This document shows, piece after piece, positions 12,750-23,335 of a DNA stretch of 64,000 nt. The first letter of the stretch is position 1, and the number at the start of each line of letters is the position of its first letter. The notes under the pieces were generated by a model. That model worked only from the letters and a program-made list of their open reading frames with translations, was not told the DNA's origin and ran no database searches. The translations under genes were made by a program, and so were the position numbers. The DNA lies in contig JANNXQ010000187.1 in NCBI GenBank assembly GCA_031409655.1, positions 1 to 64,000 of the forward strand, read 5' to 3'. The DNA comes from Chthoniobacteraceae bacterium (GTDB lineage Bacteria; Verrucomicrobiota; Verrucomicrobiia; Chthoniobacterales; Chthoniobacteraceae).

Positions 12750-14582
12750 TTACGGCTTCCGGTAGGCTTCGATGGAGACGATCTCGACCGTCCGCTCGCC
12801 GTGCTCAGTGGGCAGAGCGACGTGCTCGCCGACCTTGTGGCCGATCAAGGCCTGAGCCAGCGCGCTCTGGTAGCTGACGATGCCCTTGTCCACGTCACCG
12901 TCCCACGCACCGAGAATCGTAAAAACTTCCGCAGTTCCCTCGGGCACGGACTTCAAGGTGACGATCGTGCCGAGCGCCACCGCGCTGGTGTCCGGGTTGG
13001 CAAAGTCGGTGCCGCGGGCCAGCGAGAGTTCACGCTCGGTCTCCGACTTCCGGCGCATCAGCACGCGCTGCATTTCCTTCGCCGCCTTGAATTCAAAATT
13101 TTCGCGGAGATCACCGTGCTCCCGCGCGATGCTGATCTCCTTTGTGTTCTCGGGAATCTTCTTCAGGACGAGTTCGTCAAAATCCGCTTTGCGGCGTTCG
13201 ATGCTCTCCCAGGAAACGACGAGCGCCTCCTGCTTTTGCTCGTTGCCACCACCCGAGACCATGGCCTCGAGTTCCGGATAAACGCGGATGATGCGACCGA
13301 GCAGGGAGCGTTTGTTCAGCTCTTCGAAGACCGGCGTGATGATGAGCTTGCGCATGATGTCGCGCATGTCTTCCAGCGAGGCATCGGAGATGAGATCGGA
13401 GAGAAGTTCCTGATCGCCGAGGAGGAGGTCGTGCAGCTTGCGGTCGCGCCGCTCGCTGTATTGATCGCGCTCGAGCGCCGAGATGATGGCGTTGAGCAGG
13501 CGCGCATTGACGAGTTCGGCCAGCGGGCCGGTGCGCTCGCGGCAAAGCCAGTTCAGCGCATCCGTGCTGATGGAGTGCTCGCCGATTGATCGCTCCAAAG
13601 CGGTCCGGAGTTCGGCAGTCTGCCCCTTGTCGGTGACGAGACGCGCGGCCTCGCTGACGACTTTCGTATTCCCGCGCAGGACGAGCACGATGGCCCGGGC
13701 AAGCCAGCCTTCGCCAAAGGCGGCCGGCACCTCGGCGATCACCCGCTTCATCTTGGCCACCGGGACGTCCGCGATCAGCGCGGGCAAATTTCGTTCACCA
13801 TCCTGAAGCACGCCAGCAACAGAAGGCGCGTCAGACCCGCTCTCCAGGCCCGGGATTTTCTCGATCAATTCATCACGCCCCAGGAGCAGCGAGAGCGCCT
13901 CGGAGGTGTGGAGCTTCGCACTCTTGCGGCAAGTGTCGTTGGTCGCAGAAATGACCGGCCGGATTTGCTCCACCGGGTTAGTGAACTCCGTCACATTTTT
14001 CACGATCAGATCGAGCGCCGCGATCTGGTGCTTGAGTTGCCGGGCATTATTGAAAGCAGCGAGATACTCGTCCGCATGCGAAATCGGGCCGTCTCGCAGC
14101 TCAAAGGGCAGGCCTTTCTTTAAAGGGATCGCAAAGTGCCCGTCGTTCTTCAGCGCCTTCTTGGCCGTCTCGATCCAGCGCTTGTACTCCGCCTCGCTGA
14201 GCACATCCGGCACGAGCGCCGCGCCGATCTGATCCTGGGTGGCCTTGCCGCCGAGACTATCGAGGACGGTGCGCATGAGGGCGACGGGATCGTTCTTCGT
14301 CTGGGCCTTGACCGCCGCGAGGTCGGTCGCCTTTTTCGCCAGGATGTGGTCACCAGCGAGCGGCGCGAGCGAGTCGGCCGCATACTGGAGTTGCATGGTG
14401 TGCCCACGCTTTGTCTTAAAGTGGATGACGACCTGCCCGATCAGGAAATCGAATGAGTCGATTTGCCCAAACCCCCAGCTCTTATGTTGCACGAAAGTGC
14501 CGGGTGAAAGCTGGGCAAGGGCGCGGCCTGCGGCTGGTGTTAGTTTTCCAGCTTCGACCGCTTTTTGAATGTCGGATTCCAT
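12750..14582 (-). CDS. greA: GreA/GreB family factor with long N-terminal extension
   Basis: C-terminal AREHGDLRENFEFKAAK and SYQSALAQALIG; about 450-aa extension. Confidence 0.85.
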   Translation of the reverse strand: MESDIQKAVEAGKLTPAAGRALAQLSPGTFVQHKSWGFGQIDSFDFLIGQVVIHFKTKRGHTMQLQYAADSLAPLAGDHILAKKATDLAAVKAQTKNDPVALMRTVLDSLGGKATQDQIGAALVPDVLSEAEYKRWIETAKKALKNDGHFAIPLKKGLPFELRDGPISHADEYLAAFNNARQLKHQIAALDLIVKNVTEFTNPVEQIRPVISATNDTCRKSAKLHTSEALSLLLGRDELIEKIPGLESGSDAPSVAGVLQDGERNLPALIADVPVAKMKRVIAEVPAAFGEGWLARAIVLVLRGNTKVVSEAARLVTDKGQTAELRTALERSIGEHSISTDALNWLCRERTGPLAELVNARLLNAIISALERDQYSERRDRKLHDLLLGDQELLSDLISDASLEDMRDIMRKLIITPVFEELNKRSLLGRIIRVYPELEAMVSGGGNEQKQEALVVSWESIERRKADFDELVLKKIPENTKEISIAREHGDLRENFEFKAAKEMQRVLMRRKSETERELSLARGTDFANPDTSAVALGTIVTLKSVPEGTAEVFTILGAWDGDVDKGIVSYQSALAQALIGHKVGEHVALPTEHGERTVEIVSIEAYRKP

Positions 14583-14651
14583 CGGGAGGTGGATCCTAGA
14601 CCGCCACCCCGCACTCGGCCAAGAGTTTTCCTGAAACTTCGGAGGAAAGCG

Positions 14652-15629
14652 CTACGCGAGCGCCGCGAGATCGGCGTCAACCATGATCTGGACGAGTTCC
14701 TTGAAGCGCGTCTTGGGCTCCCAACCGAGTTTCGCCTTGGCCTTCGCCGGATCGCCGATCAGCAGGTCCACTTCGGCGGGACGCTCGTAGCGAGGGTCGA
14801 ATTTCACGAACTCTTTCCAATCGAGCCCGACATGGCCAAAGGCCACCTCGACGAACTCGCGGACGGTATGCGTTTCATTCGTCGCCAGCACGTAGTCGTC
14901 ACCTTCCGGCTGCTGCAGCATGCGCCACATGCCCTCCACGTACTCCGGCGCATAACCCCAGTCGCGTTTGGCATCGAGGTTCCCGAGGAAGAGTTCTTTC
15001 TGCTGGCCCTTCTTGATCGCGGCCACGGCGCGCGTGATTTTGCGGGTGACGAAAGTTTCGCCACGCCGCGGGCTCTCGTGGTTGAAGAGGATGCCGTTGC
15101 TCGTAAACATCCCGTAGCTCTCGCGATAGTTCACGGTCGCCCAGTAGCCGTACACTTTCGCCACAGCATACGGGGAACGAGGCCAGAAAGGGGTGGTCTC
15201 CGTCTGCGGCACCGCCTGGACCTTGCCAAACATCTCGCTCGAGGAAGCCTGGTAAAAGCGCGCCGGCATCTTCGTTTCGCGAATCGCTTCGAGGATGCGG
15301 ATGGTGCCGAGCGCGGTGACGTCGCCCGTGTACTCTGGGATATCGTAGCTCACGCGCACATGACTCTGGGCACCGAGATGGTAAACCTCATCCGGGCCAG
15401 TGCGGTCGATGAGCCGGGTCAGGTTCAACGCGTCCGCGAGATCACCGTAGTGCAGGAAGAGGCGGCTCCCGCTGATGTGCGGGTCATTGTAAAGGTGATC
15501 GATGCGCGATGTATTGAAGGTGCTCGCGCGCCGGATGATGCCGTGGACTTCGTAGCCTTTTCCCAGAAGGAGATCGGCGAGATACGAGCCGTCTTGTCCA
15601 GTGATTCCGGTGATGAGCGCTTTTTTCAT
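14652..15629 (-). CDS. gmd: GDP-mannose 4,6-dehydratase
   Basis: [48 protein letters not shown]. Confidence 0.97.
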   Translation of the reverse strand: MKKALITGITGQDGSYLADLLLGKGYEVHGIIRRASTFNTSRIDHLYNDPHISGSRLFLHYGDLADALNLTRLIDRTGPDEVYHLGAQSHVRVSYDIPEYTGDVTALGTIRILEAIRETKMPARFYQASSSEMFGKVQAVPQTETTPFWPRSPYAVAKVYGYWATVNYRESYGMFTSNGILFNHESPRRGETFVTRKITRAVAAIKKGQQKELFLGNLDAKRDWGYAPEYVEGMWRMLQQPEGDDYVLATNETHTVREFVEVAFGHVGLDWKEFVKFDPRYERPAEVDLLIGDPAKAKAKLGWEPKTRFKELVQIMVDADLAALA

Positions 15630-15739
15630 GAAGAGGGCTAAGCTAGGTTCGTTAAGGGATTTCCAAGGGGCGGGGGGCGTAAGTGTTTACCCGGGAAGAT
15701 GGCCGTTCGTCCAATGTTCCGTTCGCTATTTTCCCGCGA

Positions 15740-16468
15740 CTAGACGGCCTTGAGGATCGCCTGTTGCGCCGCGAGCAGTTCCGCGATGCCCTTTTTCCCG
15801 AGCGCGAGCATCGCCGCCATCTGGTCCTCGCTGAAGGTGCTCTCTTCGCCCGAGCCCTGCACTTCCACGAAATGCCCGTCTTCCGTCATCACCAGGTTCA
15901 TGTCCACCGAGGCGTCGCGGTCCTCGGGATAGTTCAGATCGAGCAACGGCTCGCCTTTCACCACCCCGACACTCACTGCCGCGACAAACTTTTTGATCGG
16001 CGACTTTTTCAACAAACCCCGCCCGATGAGTTGCTGGCAAGCGAGCGCCGCCGCCACGCAGGCCCCAGTGATGGAAGCCGTACGCGTTCCGCCATCGGCC
16101 TGGAGCACGTCGCAGTCGATGCAGAGCGTGCGCGGCCCAAGCACATCGAGATCGATGACGGCGCGGAGCGAGCGCCCGATCAGCCGCTGGATCTCCACGC
16201 TCCGTCCGTCCACTTTTCCACGGGCGCCGTCGCGCGATTTCCGCTGCTCGGTCGAGTAGGGCAGCATCGAATATTCAGCGGTGATCCAGCCACCTTCGAC
16301 CTTCTGCGCCTTCATCCATTGCGGGATATTTTCTTCGATCATCGCGCTGCAGATCACCTTCGTATTTCCGGCAGCAATGAGCACGGAGCCGGTGGCATTC
16401 GGCGCGAAGCCCGGGGTGAAAGTGAGCGGGCGGAGTTGATCAGGAGCGCGGCCGTCGTGTCGAAGCAT
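15740..16468 (-). CDS. rph: Ribonuclease PH
   Basis: GWITAEYSMLP, EIQRLIGRSLR, DVLQADGGTRTASIT. Confidence 0.97.
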   Translation of the reverse strand: MLRHDGRAPDQLRPLTFTPGFAPNATGSVLIAAGNTKVICSAMIEENIPQWMKAQKVEGGWITAEYSMLPYSTEQRKSRDGARGKVDGRSVEIQRLIGRSLRAVIDLDVLGPRTLCIDCDVLQADGGTRTASITGACVAAALACQQLIGRGLLKKSPIKKFVAAVSVGVVKGEPLLDLNYPEDRDASVDMNLVMTEDGHFVEVQGSGEESTFSEDQMAAMLALGKKGIAELLAAQQAILKAV

Positions 16469-16472
16469 GGAA

Positions 16473-16576
16473 ATTTAGATTTAGGATTTAGGATTTAGGA
16501 TTTAGGACTCTCCGCCAAAGCGAACCTGCGAAGCTATATGGCCAAATCCAAAAGCAAGAATCAGAAATCAGAAATC
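16473..16576. repeat. Heptamer inverted-repeat element, family C (GATTTAG / AAATCAG)
   Basis: About five (g)atttag units then degenerate aaatcca..gaatcagaaatcagaaatc; right arm lies inside thrB. Confidence 0.75.
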
Positions 16577-17419
16577 ACCTCAGCGACAATCCGCGTGCCG
16601 GCGACGACGGCGAACCTTGGGCCCGGCTTTGACTGCCTCGGCATCGCGATGCAGATCTGCAATCGCGTGACGGTCCGCCGCGGCGGACCGGCGCAACCGC
16701 ACGTCATGGCAACCGACGCAGCCGCGAAATTTTTCACCGCCGCCCAGGTCCCGTCGTTCGCCTTTCACTGGGAGATCGAGGGCGACGTTCCGCAATCGCG
16801 CGGCATGGGCAGTAGCGTCACGGTGCGCCTCGGGCTGCTTCATGGCCTCAACGAACTGAGCGGCCGGCCGCTCGATCGAGCGCGGATCTACGAACTCTGC
16901 GCCATTCTCGAAGGCCACCCGGACAATGCCGCCCCCGCGTCTTTCGGCGGCTTCACGGCGGCGAAGGTCGGCGTGCCGCCACTCCGCGCGGACGTCGCTC
17001 CCGAGTTGAAGTTCGTCCTGCTCGTCCCCGACTTCGAGATCAGCACGCCGGCAGCGCGCGCCGTCCTGCCGGAGTTGCTCGATCGCCAACTCGCCGTCCA
17101 GAGCGCCGTGAACGCCTGCCGCATGACCGCCGCATTCATGCAGAAAAATTACGGTTTCCTGAGGGGCAGCTTCGTCGATCACTTCCACCAGCCGCACCGC
17201 GAATCGCTCATCCCCTTTCTACCCAAAGTCATCGCCGCCGCCGAAGGCCGTGGCGCCCTCGGCGGCTTCCTCAGCGGAAGCGGCTCCACGATCTGCTGCC
17301 TCACGCTGGAAAACCCCGAAGCCGTCGCCGCCGCCATGCGCACTGCGGCAGGAAAAGGTGACGCCTACACGCTGATCACCACGGCAGACAATGAGGGAGC
17401 CTCCGTGATTTCAGATTGA
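16538..17419 (+). CDS. thrB: Homoserine kinase
   Basis: RVPATTANLGPGFDCLG, PQSRGMGSS, EGHPDNAAP, LSGSGSTI. Confidence 0.95.
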   Translation: MAKSKSKNQKSEITSATIRVPATTANLGPGFDCLGIAMQICNRVTVRRGGPAQPHVMATDAAAKFFTAAQVPSFAFHWEIEGDVPQSRGMGSSVTVRLGLLHGLNELSGRPLDRARIYELCAILEGHPDNAAPASFGGFTAAKVGVPPLRADVAPELKFVLLVPDFEISTPAARAVLPELLDRQLAVQSAVNACRMTAAFMQKNYGFLRGSFVDHFHQPHRESLIPFLPKVIAAAEGRGALGGFLSGSGSTICCLTLENPEAVAAAMRTAAGKGDAYTLITTADNEGASVISD

Positions 17420-17480
17420 GGATTTCAGATTTCAGATTGGCGCCTGGTATCTGAATCCAATCTGAAATCTAAAATCTGAC
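17407..17480. repeat. Heptamer inverted-repeat element, family C (GATTTCA / CTGAAAT)
   Basis: gatttcagattgaggatttcagatttcagatt ... aatctgaaatctaaaatctga. Confidence 0.8.
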
Positions 17481-17488
17481 ATTGCCCC

Positions 17489-18688
17489 ATGTTCCGTCGC
17501 TGGCTTGAAGGCTTCGAGCAGTTCGCCATCGACGTCATCCTGGAGCGGCGTTACGGGAAACGCGCGGCGCTGCTCCGATGGTTCCTTTATGCGCTGAGCT
17601 GGGTCTTCCGCGGGATCGTCCAGACGCGGCTCTGGCTCTTTCGCAAGCGGGTCCTCCGCGAGCGTTCGCCAGGATGCCTCGTCATCTCGATCGGGAATCT
17701 GACCGTCGGTGGCACGGGCAAGACGCCGGTGGTGGAAAAGTTTGCGCGCACCTTGCAGGACGGCGGGCGGCGCGTGGCCATCCTCAGTCGCGGCTACAAA
17801 TCGAGAAAGCCTCCCCTGCTCCGCCGGCTGCAACGCAAGTGGCTCGGGATGGAACGCCGCAAGCCGCGCATCGTCCATGACGGCGAGCGCATGCTACTCG
17901 ATTCGCGCTTCGCCGGCGACGAGCCCTACATGCTCGCGAAGTCGCTCGGCAACGTCATCGTCCTCGTGGATAAGGACCGTGTCCGGGCCGCGCTCTATGC
18001 CATCCGCGAGATGGGCTGCGACACCCTGATCCTCGACGATGGGATGCAATATCTGCGCCTCAAGCATCGGCTCGACATCTGCCTCATCGACGCCCAGGCG
18101 CCTTTCGGAAATGAACGCCTGCTCCCCCGCGGCACCCTGCGCGAACCGCCGCCAAATCTGCGCCGCGCCAGCTACATCTTCATCACGAAAAGCCCGCCCA
18201 CCGGGAACGAGGAACTCATCAAACGCATCCGCCTCTACAACCGCACCGCGGCGATCGTCGAATGCACGCATCAGGCGCTCTACCTGCAAAATCTGTACGA
18301 CGCGAGTGATCGTCGGCCGCTCGACTTCCTGACGGGCAAATACATCGCCGCCATCTCCGGCATCGCGCGTCCCGAGAGCTTTGAGGAGAAACTCACCGGC
18401 CTCGGCGCGACGCTCGAAATCTCCAAGCGCTTCGCCGATCACCACCGTTTCACAGACCGCGAGCTGGAGGAATTTCACGACCGCTGCTCCCGCCGCGCGC
18501 TCGATGCGATCGTCACCACGGAAAAAGATAGCGTGCGTTTTCCCGCGAAATTCGCCGGGCTCGACGTCCCGATCTACTACCTGCGCGTCGAGATCGAGAT
18601 CCTCTCGGGGCACGAAAGCTGGGAGCACCTCGTGGGGCGGATCTGCAAGACGCAACCAGTGATGACACCGGAGCGCTTCTTCGCCTGA
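17489..18688 (+). CDS. lpxK: Tetraacyldisaccharide 4'-kinase
   Basis: [46 protein letters not shown]. Confidence 0.96.
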   Translation: MFRRWLEGFEQFAIDVILERRYGKRAALLRWFLYALSWVFRGIVQTRLWLFRKRVLRERSPGCLVISIGNLTVGGTGKTPVVEKFARTLQDGGRRVAILSRGYKSRKPPLLRRLQRKWLGMERRKPRIVHDGERMLLDSRFAGDEPYMLAKSLGNVIVLVDKDRVRAALYAIREMGCDTLILDDGMQYLRLKHRLDICLIDAQAPFGNERLLPRGTLREPPPNLRRASYIFITKSPPTGNEELIKRIRLYNRTAAIVECTHQALYLQNLYDASDRRPLDFLTGKYIAAISGIARPESFEEKLTGLGATLEISKRFADHHRFTDRELEEFHDRCSRRALDAIVTTEKDSVRFPAKFAGLDVPIYYLRVEIEILSGHESWEHLVGRICKTQPVMTPERFFA

Positions 18689-18760
18689 GCGATCGCGCAG
18701 GCGCGCTATGAGCCGAAAGAATGCCGCTTTAACTCACGGCGTCCAGCGGTGCGGCCACAC

Positions 18761-19606
18761 TCAGCCGACGATCACTTCGCCGACCATGTAGCGCAGGAAG
18801 CGGCGGATGGAGAGGGTGTCGCCGAGCACCTTGCTCTTCTCCGCGAGCAACTGGCTGATCGTCTGATCGGGATTCTTGATGAAGGCCTGCTCCGTGAGGC
18901 ACGAGGCGCTGTAAAATTTACCCATCTTGCCGTCGATGATCTTCTCGATCATCGGCGCGGGCTTGTCCTTCGGCACCTGGTCGGCGTAGATCGCACGCTC
19001 GCGGGCGACGAGATCCGCGGGGACTTCGTCGCGATTGATGCAGACGGGATTCGCGGCGGCGATTTGCAGGGTGATGTCGCGGACGAGTTGCTTGAAATCT
19101 TCGCTCGCAGTCGTCGCGTCTCTTTCCGCACCGACTTCCACGAGGACGCCCACTTTGCCGCCGGTGTGAATGTAAGCCGCCACCAGACCATTCCCGGTCA
19201 CTTCGACGCGGGCATGACGGCGGATCTGGATGTTCTCTCCGCACTTCTGCACGGCCGCCACGCGATCGGACTCGAGGTCCGCGCCGGGTTCGGCGGCGAT
19301 CCTCTTGGCGAGTTCTTCGGTGAACGAACGGAACTGGTCGTTCTTCGCAACGAAGTCGGTCTCGCAATTCACCTCGACGATCACGCCGATCTTGGCCCCG
19401 GGAGCAATGGCTTGTGCGATGACGCCTTCCTTGGCTTCGCGATCGGCCTTCTTCGCCGCACCGGCTGCACCTTTTTTGCGCAGCACATCCACCGCGGCCT
19501 CGAGATCCCCATTGGTCTCGGCCAGAGCGCGCTTGCACTCCATCAGACCGGCATTGGTCTTTTCACGGAGGGTCTTGACGAGTTGAGCATCGATGACGAC
19601 AGACAT
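18761..19606 (-). CDS. tsf: Translation elongation factor Ts
   Basis: VKTLREKTNAGLMECKRAL, EVNCETDFVAKN. Confidence 0.97.
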   Translation of the reverse strand: MSVVIDAQLVKTLREKTNAGLMECKRALAETNGDLEAAVDVLRKKGAAGAAKKADREAKEGVIAQAIAPGAKIGVIVEVNCETDFVAKNDQFRSFTEELAKRIAAEPGADLESDRVAAVQKCGENIQIRRHARVEVTGNGLVAAYIHTGGKVGVLVEVGAERDATTASEDFKQLVRDITLQIAAANPVCINRDEVPADLVARERAIYADQVPKDKPAPMIEKIIDGKMGKFYSASCLTEQAFIKNPDQTISQLLAEKSKVLGDTLSIRRFLRYMVGEVIVG

Positions 19607-19611
19607 GGGAA

Positions 19612-19716
19612 AGTGGAGAATTGAGGGGTGAGAGATGAGATCCTGTGCTGGTGAAATCGAGAGCGCGTGGAGGAGTCGAAAGCGCGGCTCTCAACTCTCA
19701 ACCAACAACTCTCAAC
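19612..19716. repeat. Heptamer inverted-repeat element, family D (TTGAGAG / CTCTCAA)
   Basis: Degenerate gtggagaattgaggggtgagagatgaga ... ctctcaactctcaaccaacaactctcaac between rpsB and tsf. Confidence 0.6.
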
Positions 19717-19730
19717 GAACGCGTCCCGCG

Positions 19731-20456
19731 TTACTCAGAGACGCCGGCCAGCGCTTCCTGATCCTTCTTCGTGCCACGCTTGTTTGTGGAGACGATGGCA
19801 TCCACCAGCTTCTGGAGCACGATGCGGATCGCCCGGATGGCGTCGTCGTTCCCGGCGATGGGGTAGTTGATCAGATTCGGGTCGGCGTTCGTATCCACGA
19901 TGGCGACAGTCGGGATATTGAGCCGCTTGGCTTCCGCGACGGCGATCCCTTCCCGCATCGTGTCGATGATAACAATGGCGTCCGGGAGTTTCTCCATCGT
20001 GCGGATACCCTCGAGGTTGCGCTTGAGCTTCTCGCCTTCGCGCTTGATGGCCGCGATCTCTTGGTTGCCCATCTTGGAGTACTCGGGCTGCTTTTCGAGG
20101 TCCTCGATGTACTTCATCCGCGCGATGCTCTTGCGGATGGTCGTGAGGTTCGTGAGCGTGCCGCCGAGCCAGCGCTGATTCACATAAAATTGCCCGCAAG
20201 CGGTGGCCGCTTCCTTGATGGCCTCCTGCGCCTGCTTCTTGCAGCCGACGAAAAGTACCTTGCCGCCGCGGCCCGCGACTTCCGCGAGGAAATCGGTCGC
20301 CACCGTGAGCTGCCGCACGGTTTCGCCGAGATTGATGATGTAGATGGCGTTGCGTTTTTCGAAGATGAAAGGCTTCATCTTCGGGTTCCAACGTTTGGTC
20401 TGGTGACCAAAGTGGACACCAGCCTCGAGCAACTCCGTCATCAATTCAGTGGACAT
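19731..20456 (-). CDS. rpsB: 30S ribosomal protein S2
   Basis: [41 protein letters not shown] at 20456. Confidence 0.98.
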   Translation of the reverse strand: MSTELMTELLEAGVHFGHQTKRWNPKMKPFIFEKRNAIYIINLGETVRQLTVATDFLAEVAGRGGKVLFVGCKKQAQEAIKEAATACGQFYVNQRWLGGTLTNLTTIRKSIARMKYIEDLEKQPEYSKMGNQEIAAIKREGEKLKRNLEGIRTMEKLPDAIVIIDTMREGIAVAEAKRLNIPTVAIVDTNADPNLINYPIAGNDDAIRAIRIVLQKLVDAIVSTNKRGTKKDQEALAGVSE

Positions 20457-20560
20457 ACAAGGGTGTGAGATTTCGTAAAGGGCAGAAGAAAAATGGGCGG
20501 AAGGAATAGTGGCACCCCGAACGGAAGGCAATGGGAATTTCCGGGAATCTTCCGGGCCGC
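20457..20560 (-). promoter_or_regulatory. Putative S2 autoregulatory leader
   Basis: Leader has ttcGGGGTGCC, resembling the conserved GGGU element of rpsB leaders; no SD. Confidence 0.35.
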
Positions 20561-20833
20561 CAAGATGGCGAAATTGTCACGCACTCCAGGCTCGCCAGCG
20601 TCTCGGAACCGCGCTCAATTGCCCGCAGAGGTGTACGAAATCTCCCGTTTTCCATCGGATGCCGGAATCCCCACGCCGCTGCCTTTTTGGCGGCGGAGTC
20701 TTCATGGCGGGATGGAATGTCGGCTTGGCGGGCGCGAAAGGCCCGCTAAATCTCTCTCTCCAGCGCGAAGCTGGCACATTCCAAGCGTCGCAATGACGCG
20801 ACCGTGGACGACCCATCAGAAACCGTAGCTCTC

Positions 20834-22342
20834 ATGCCCCCGAAAAAAGGTGATATTCCCGCAGTGAAGCACTTCATCCTCGACACGAACGTGCTCATTC
20901 ACGATCCGCAATCGATGTTCCAGTTTGAGGAAAATGTGGTCTGGATTCCGGTCGAGGTGCTGGAGGAACTCGACCGCTTCAAAGGCGAGACGACGACGCG
21001 CGGTGCAAATGCCCGGGAGGTGCATCGCCGGCTGAATGATCGTTTCGGCTCCGCGGAAAAAATGAAGGAAGGCGTGCCTCTGGAGAATGGTGGAAGGCTC
21101 CACGTGTGCATCAATCCGGCAGTGAAATTTGAGCACGGCGCGTGGAAGCTCGAGCGGCACTCGGAGCGGTTTGATCTGGTCCACAGTCTCTTTCCCGATC
21201 TTTCGTCGAACGACAATCGCATCCTCGCCACCGCCGCTTTTCTCGCCGACACGCAGCGGCACCCGGTGATCATGGTGACGAAGGATCTGAACATGCAGCT
21301 CAAGGCCCGCGCGCTCGGGCTGGATGCGCAGGACTACCGCACTGATCGCGTGGAAGACGGCGACATCCGCCGCACCCAGAGGAGCACCGCGAGCGAGGAC
21401 TACGAAGCCATCGATATTTCCGGCCACGCCCTCCAGGCCTTTGCCAGTCAGGAAGAGATCACCGTCCCAAACTCCGCCAGCCTCCTGCCCAATGGCTACG
21501 CGCTGCTCCGCAATGAGGAGGAGCCGACGCACGCGATCCCTGGCCGGCATCTCGGCGGCGGCCGCTTTGTGAAGCTGCGCCACGACACCATCGCGATCCG
21601 CAACGGTCGCACCCTGAAGGCCGCGAATCTGGGCCAGCGCTTCTTCCTCGACGCGCTCTACGATCCCGAGATCACGCTCATCACCGTCTATGGCAAGGCC
21701 GGCACCGGGAAAACGCTGCTCAGCGTCGGCGCCGCGCTCAATCAGGTGCAGGAGGCGGTGTATGAGAAAATGCTCATCACCCGCGTGATCATGCCCACGG
21801 GGCGGGACATCGGTTTCCTGCCAGGCCGGATGGAGGAGAAGATGCAGCCGTGGGTGCAGCCCTCCTTTGACGCGCTGGAACTGCTGATGTCGCGGCCTCG
21901 CAAGCCCGAGCACTTTGAGAAAAAGAAACAGAGCTCGCGGAAGACGAACCAGCCGTACGAATCACACGCCCCGCAGAGCAACGGCAACGGCGGCGGAAAA
22001 TCGATGCGTCCCTGGGAACCGCTGATGCAGTCCGGGGTGCTCGAAGTGGAAGCCATCACCCACATCCGCGGGCGCTCGCTGCCGAATGCGATTTTCATCG
22101 TCGATGAAGCGCAGCAGCTCACTCCGCACGAGGCCAAGACGCTCGTCACGCGGATGGGCCGCGGGAGCAAAATCATCCTCATCGGCGACCTCGCCCAGAT
22201 CGACAACCCTTACGTGGATGCGCACACCAACGGCCTCGTCTTCACCCGCAATCGGCTGCAGGGCCAGCCCTTCATGGCGCACATCAATCTCTTCAAAGGT
22301 GAGCGCAGCGAGATGGCGGAAGTCGCGGCAAATCTGATGTAG
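20834..22342 (+). CDS. PhoH2 family protein (PIN + PhoH ATPase)
   Basis: FILDTNVLIHDP, NDNRIL, VTKDLNM, GKAGTGKT, IRGRSL, DEAQQLT. Confidence 0.93.
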   Translation: MPPKKGDIPAVKHFILDTNVLIHDPQSMFQFEENVVWIPVEVLEELDRFKGETTTRGANAREVHRRLNDRFGSAEKMKEGVPLENGGRLHVCINPAVKFEHGAWKLERHSERFDLVHSLFPDLSSNDNRILATAAFLADTQRHPVIMVTKDLNMQLKARALGLDAQDYRTDRVEDGDIRRTQRSTASEDYEAIDISGHALQAFASQEEITVPNSASLLPNGYALLRNEEEPTHAIPGRHLGGGRFVKLRHDTIAIRNGRTLKAANLGQRFFLDALYDPEITLITVYGKAGTGKTLLSVGAALNQVQEAVYEKMLITRVIMPTGRDIGFLPGRMEEKMQPWVQPSFDALELLMSRPRKPEHFEKKKQSSRKTNQPYESHAPQSNGNGGGKSMRPWEPLMQSGVLEVEAITHIRGRSLPNAIFIVDEAQQLTPHEAKTLVTRMGRGSKIILIGDLAQIDNPYVDAHTNGLVFTRNRLQGQPFMAHINLFKGERSEMAEVAANLM

Positions 22343-22348
22343 CGCAGC

Positions 22349-23020
22349 TCATCTGCCGGGCTGGAAGGCGGGCGCGAGTTCCTCGATCCAAAGGCCGTAG
22401 GCGGTCTCGGAAAGGTGAATGCCGTCCGTGAAGAGATCACTTCTCGGAACCTGCGTGGAGGTGAAGCGCGCGTTCAAATCGAGAAACTCCCAACCGGCCT
22501 GCGTCGCCGCGGTTCGGAGCTGGCGATTGAGTTCGGCGATGCGCGGATCCAGCGTCGTGTCTCCTTGCAGAGGGATGGAAACGACGATCCTTCGCGGCGC
22601 CCCGCCCCCGGTTCCGAGCAGGAGGATGGGTTCCCAATCCGCGAGGATCGCGGCGTCCGTCCGGAGGTGATCCCGAAGGTCATTCGTGCCCGCCATGACC
22701 ACGATCCGTCGAGTGGGCAGCAGGAGCGCGCGCTGCACTTGATCACGCACCTGGTGTACATAGAGGCCGGGGATCGCGAGGTTCAGCGCGGAAAAGGGAC
22801 GGAGCCCAAGCCGGGCACCCCAGTCGGGAACCGCAGCCGTGTGGCTATCCCCACAGAAGACCGCTTCCATCGGCTGCACATGGCTCAGTTTCCGGGTCAG
22901 TTCCGCCGCCGTGACCTGGCGAAAATGCTCCGAGCGCAGGAGCAGGAGCGCGCTGGGGAGGGACAGTGCAAAATACGCGGCGGCCACCACGAAGAGAGTC
23001 CGGCGAAGCAGAGGGCGCAT
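22349..23020 (-). CDS. SGNH/GDSL hydrolase
   Basis: GDSHT, GTND and DGIH blocks; N-terminal anchor. Confidence 0.85.
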   Translation of the reverse strand: MRPLLRRTLFVVAAAYFALSLPSALLLLRSEHFRQVTAAELTRKLSHVQPMEAVFCGDSHTAAVPDWGARLGLRPFSALNLAIPGLYVHQVRDQVQRALLLPTRRIVVMAGTNDLRDHLRTDAAILADWEPILLLGTGGGAPRRIVVSIPLQGDTTLDPRIAELNRQLRTAATQAGWEFLDLNARFTSTQVPRSDLFTDGIHLSETAYGLWIEELAPAFQPGR

Positions 23021-23131
23021 AGGAGGCTAGTGAATACGCAGAAAGCCTGGGCCGGTGCAACTCGACGACCCGACCGCGCGCCTTTTTTCCTTCGACAAAT
23101 GGGCACCCATCGAAAGAGTCCCGACCCTCCC

Positions 23132-23335
23132 ATGCAAACGCCGCCCGCCGAGAGGAATCCCAGTGATTCAGCCGGTCACGAACCACTCCCAGCCGGCGTG
23201 CGCGACCCGGACGCAAGTCCGCGGTCGTCGTCCTGCTGGACCCTCGCCGCTGCCTGGGTGGCCTTGGTGCTCATTGGCTATCTCGTTTTCACTGTGCTCG
23301 GTTCGAGCACAGTGCAGCGGCTCCTCTCGCGATGA
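23132..23335 (+). CDS. Small single-TM membrane protein
   Basis: WTLAAAWVALVLIGYLVFTVLG; ATGA overlap with next gene. Confidence 0.45.
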   Translation: MQTPPAERNPSDSAGHEPLPAGVRDPDASPRSSSCWTLAAAWVALVLIGYLVFTVLGSSTVQRLLSR

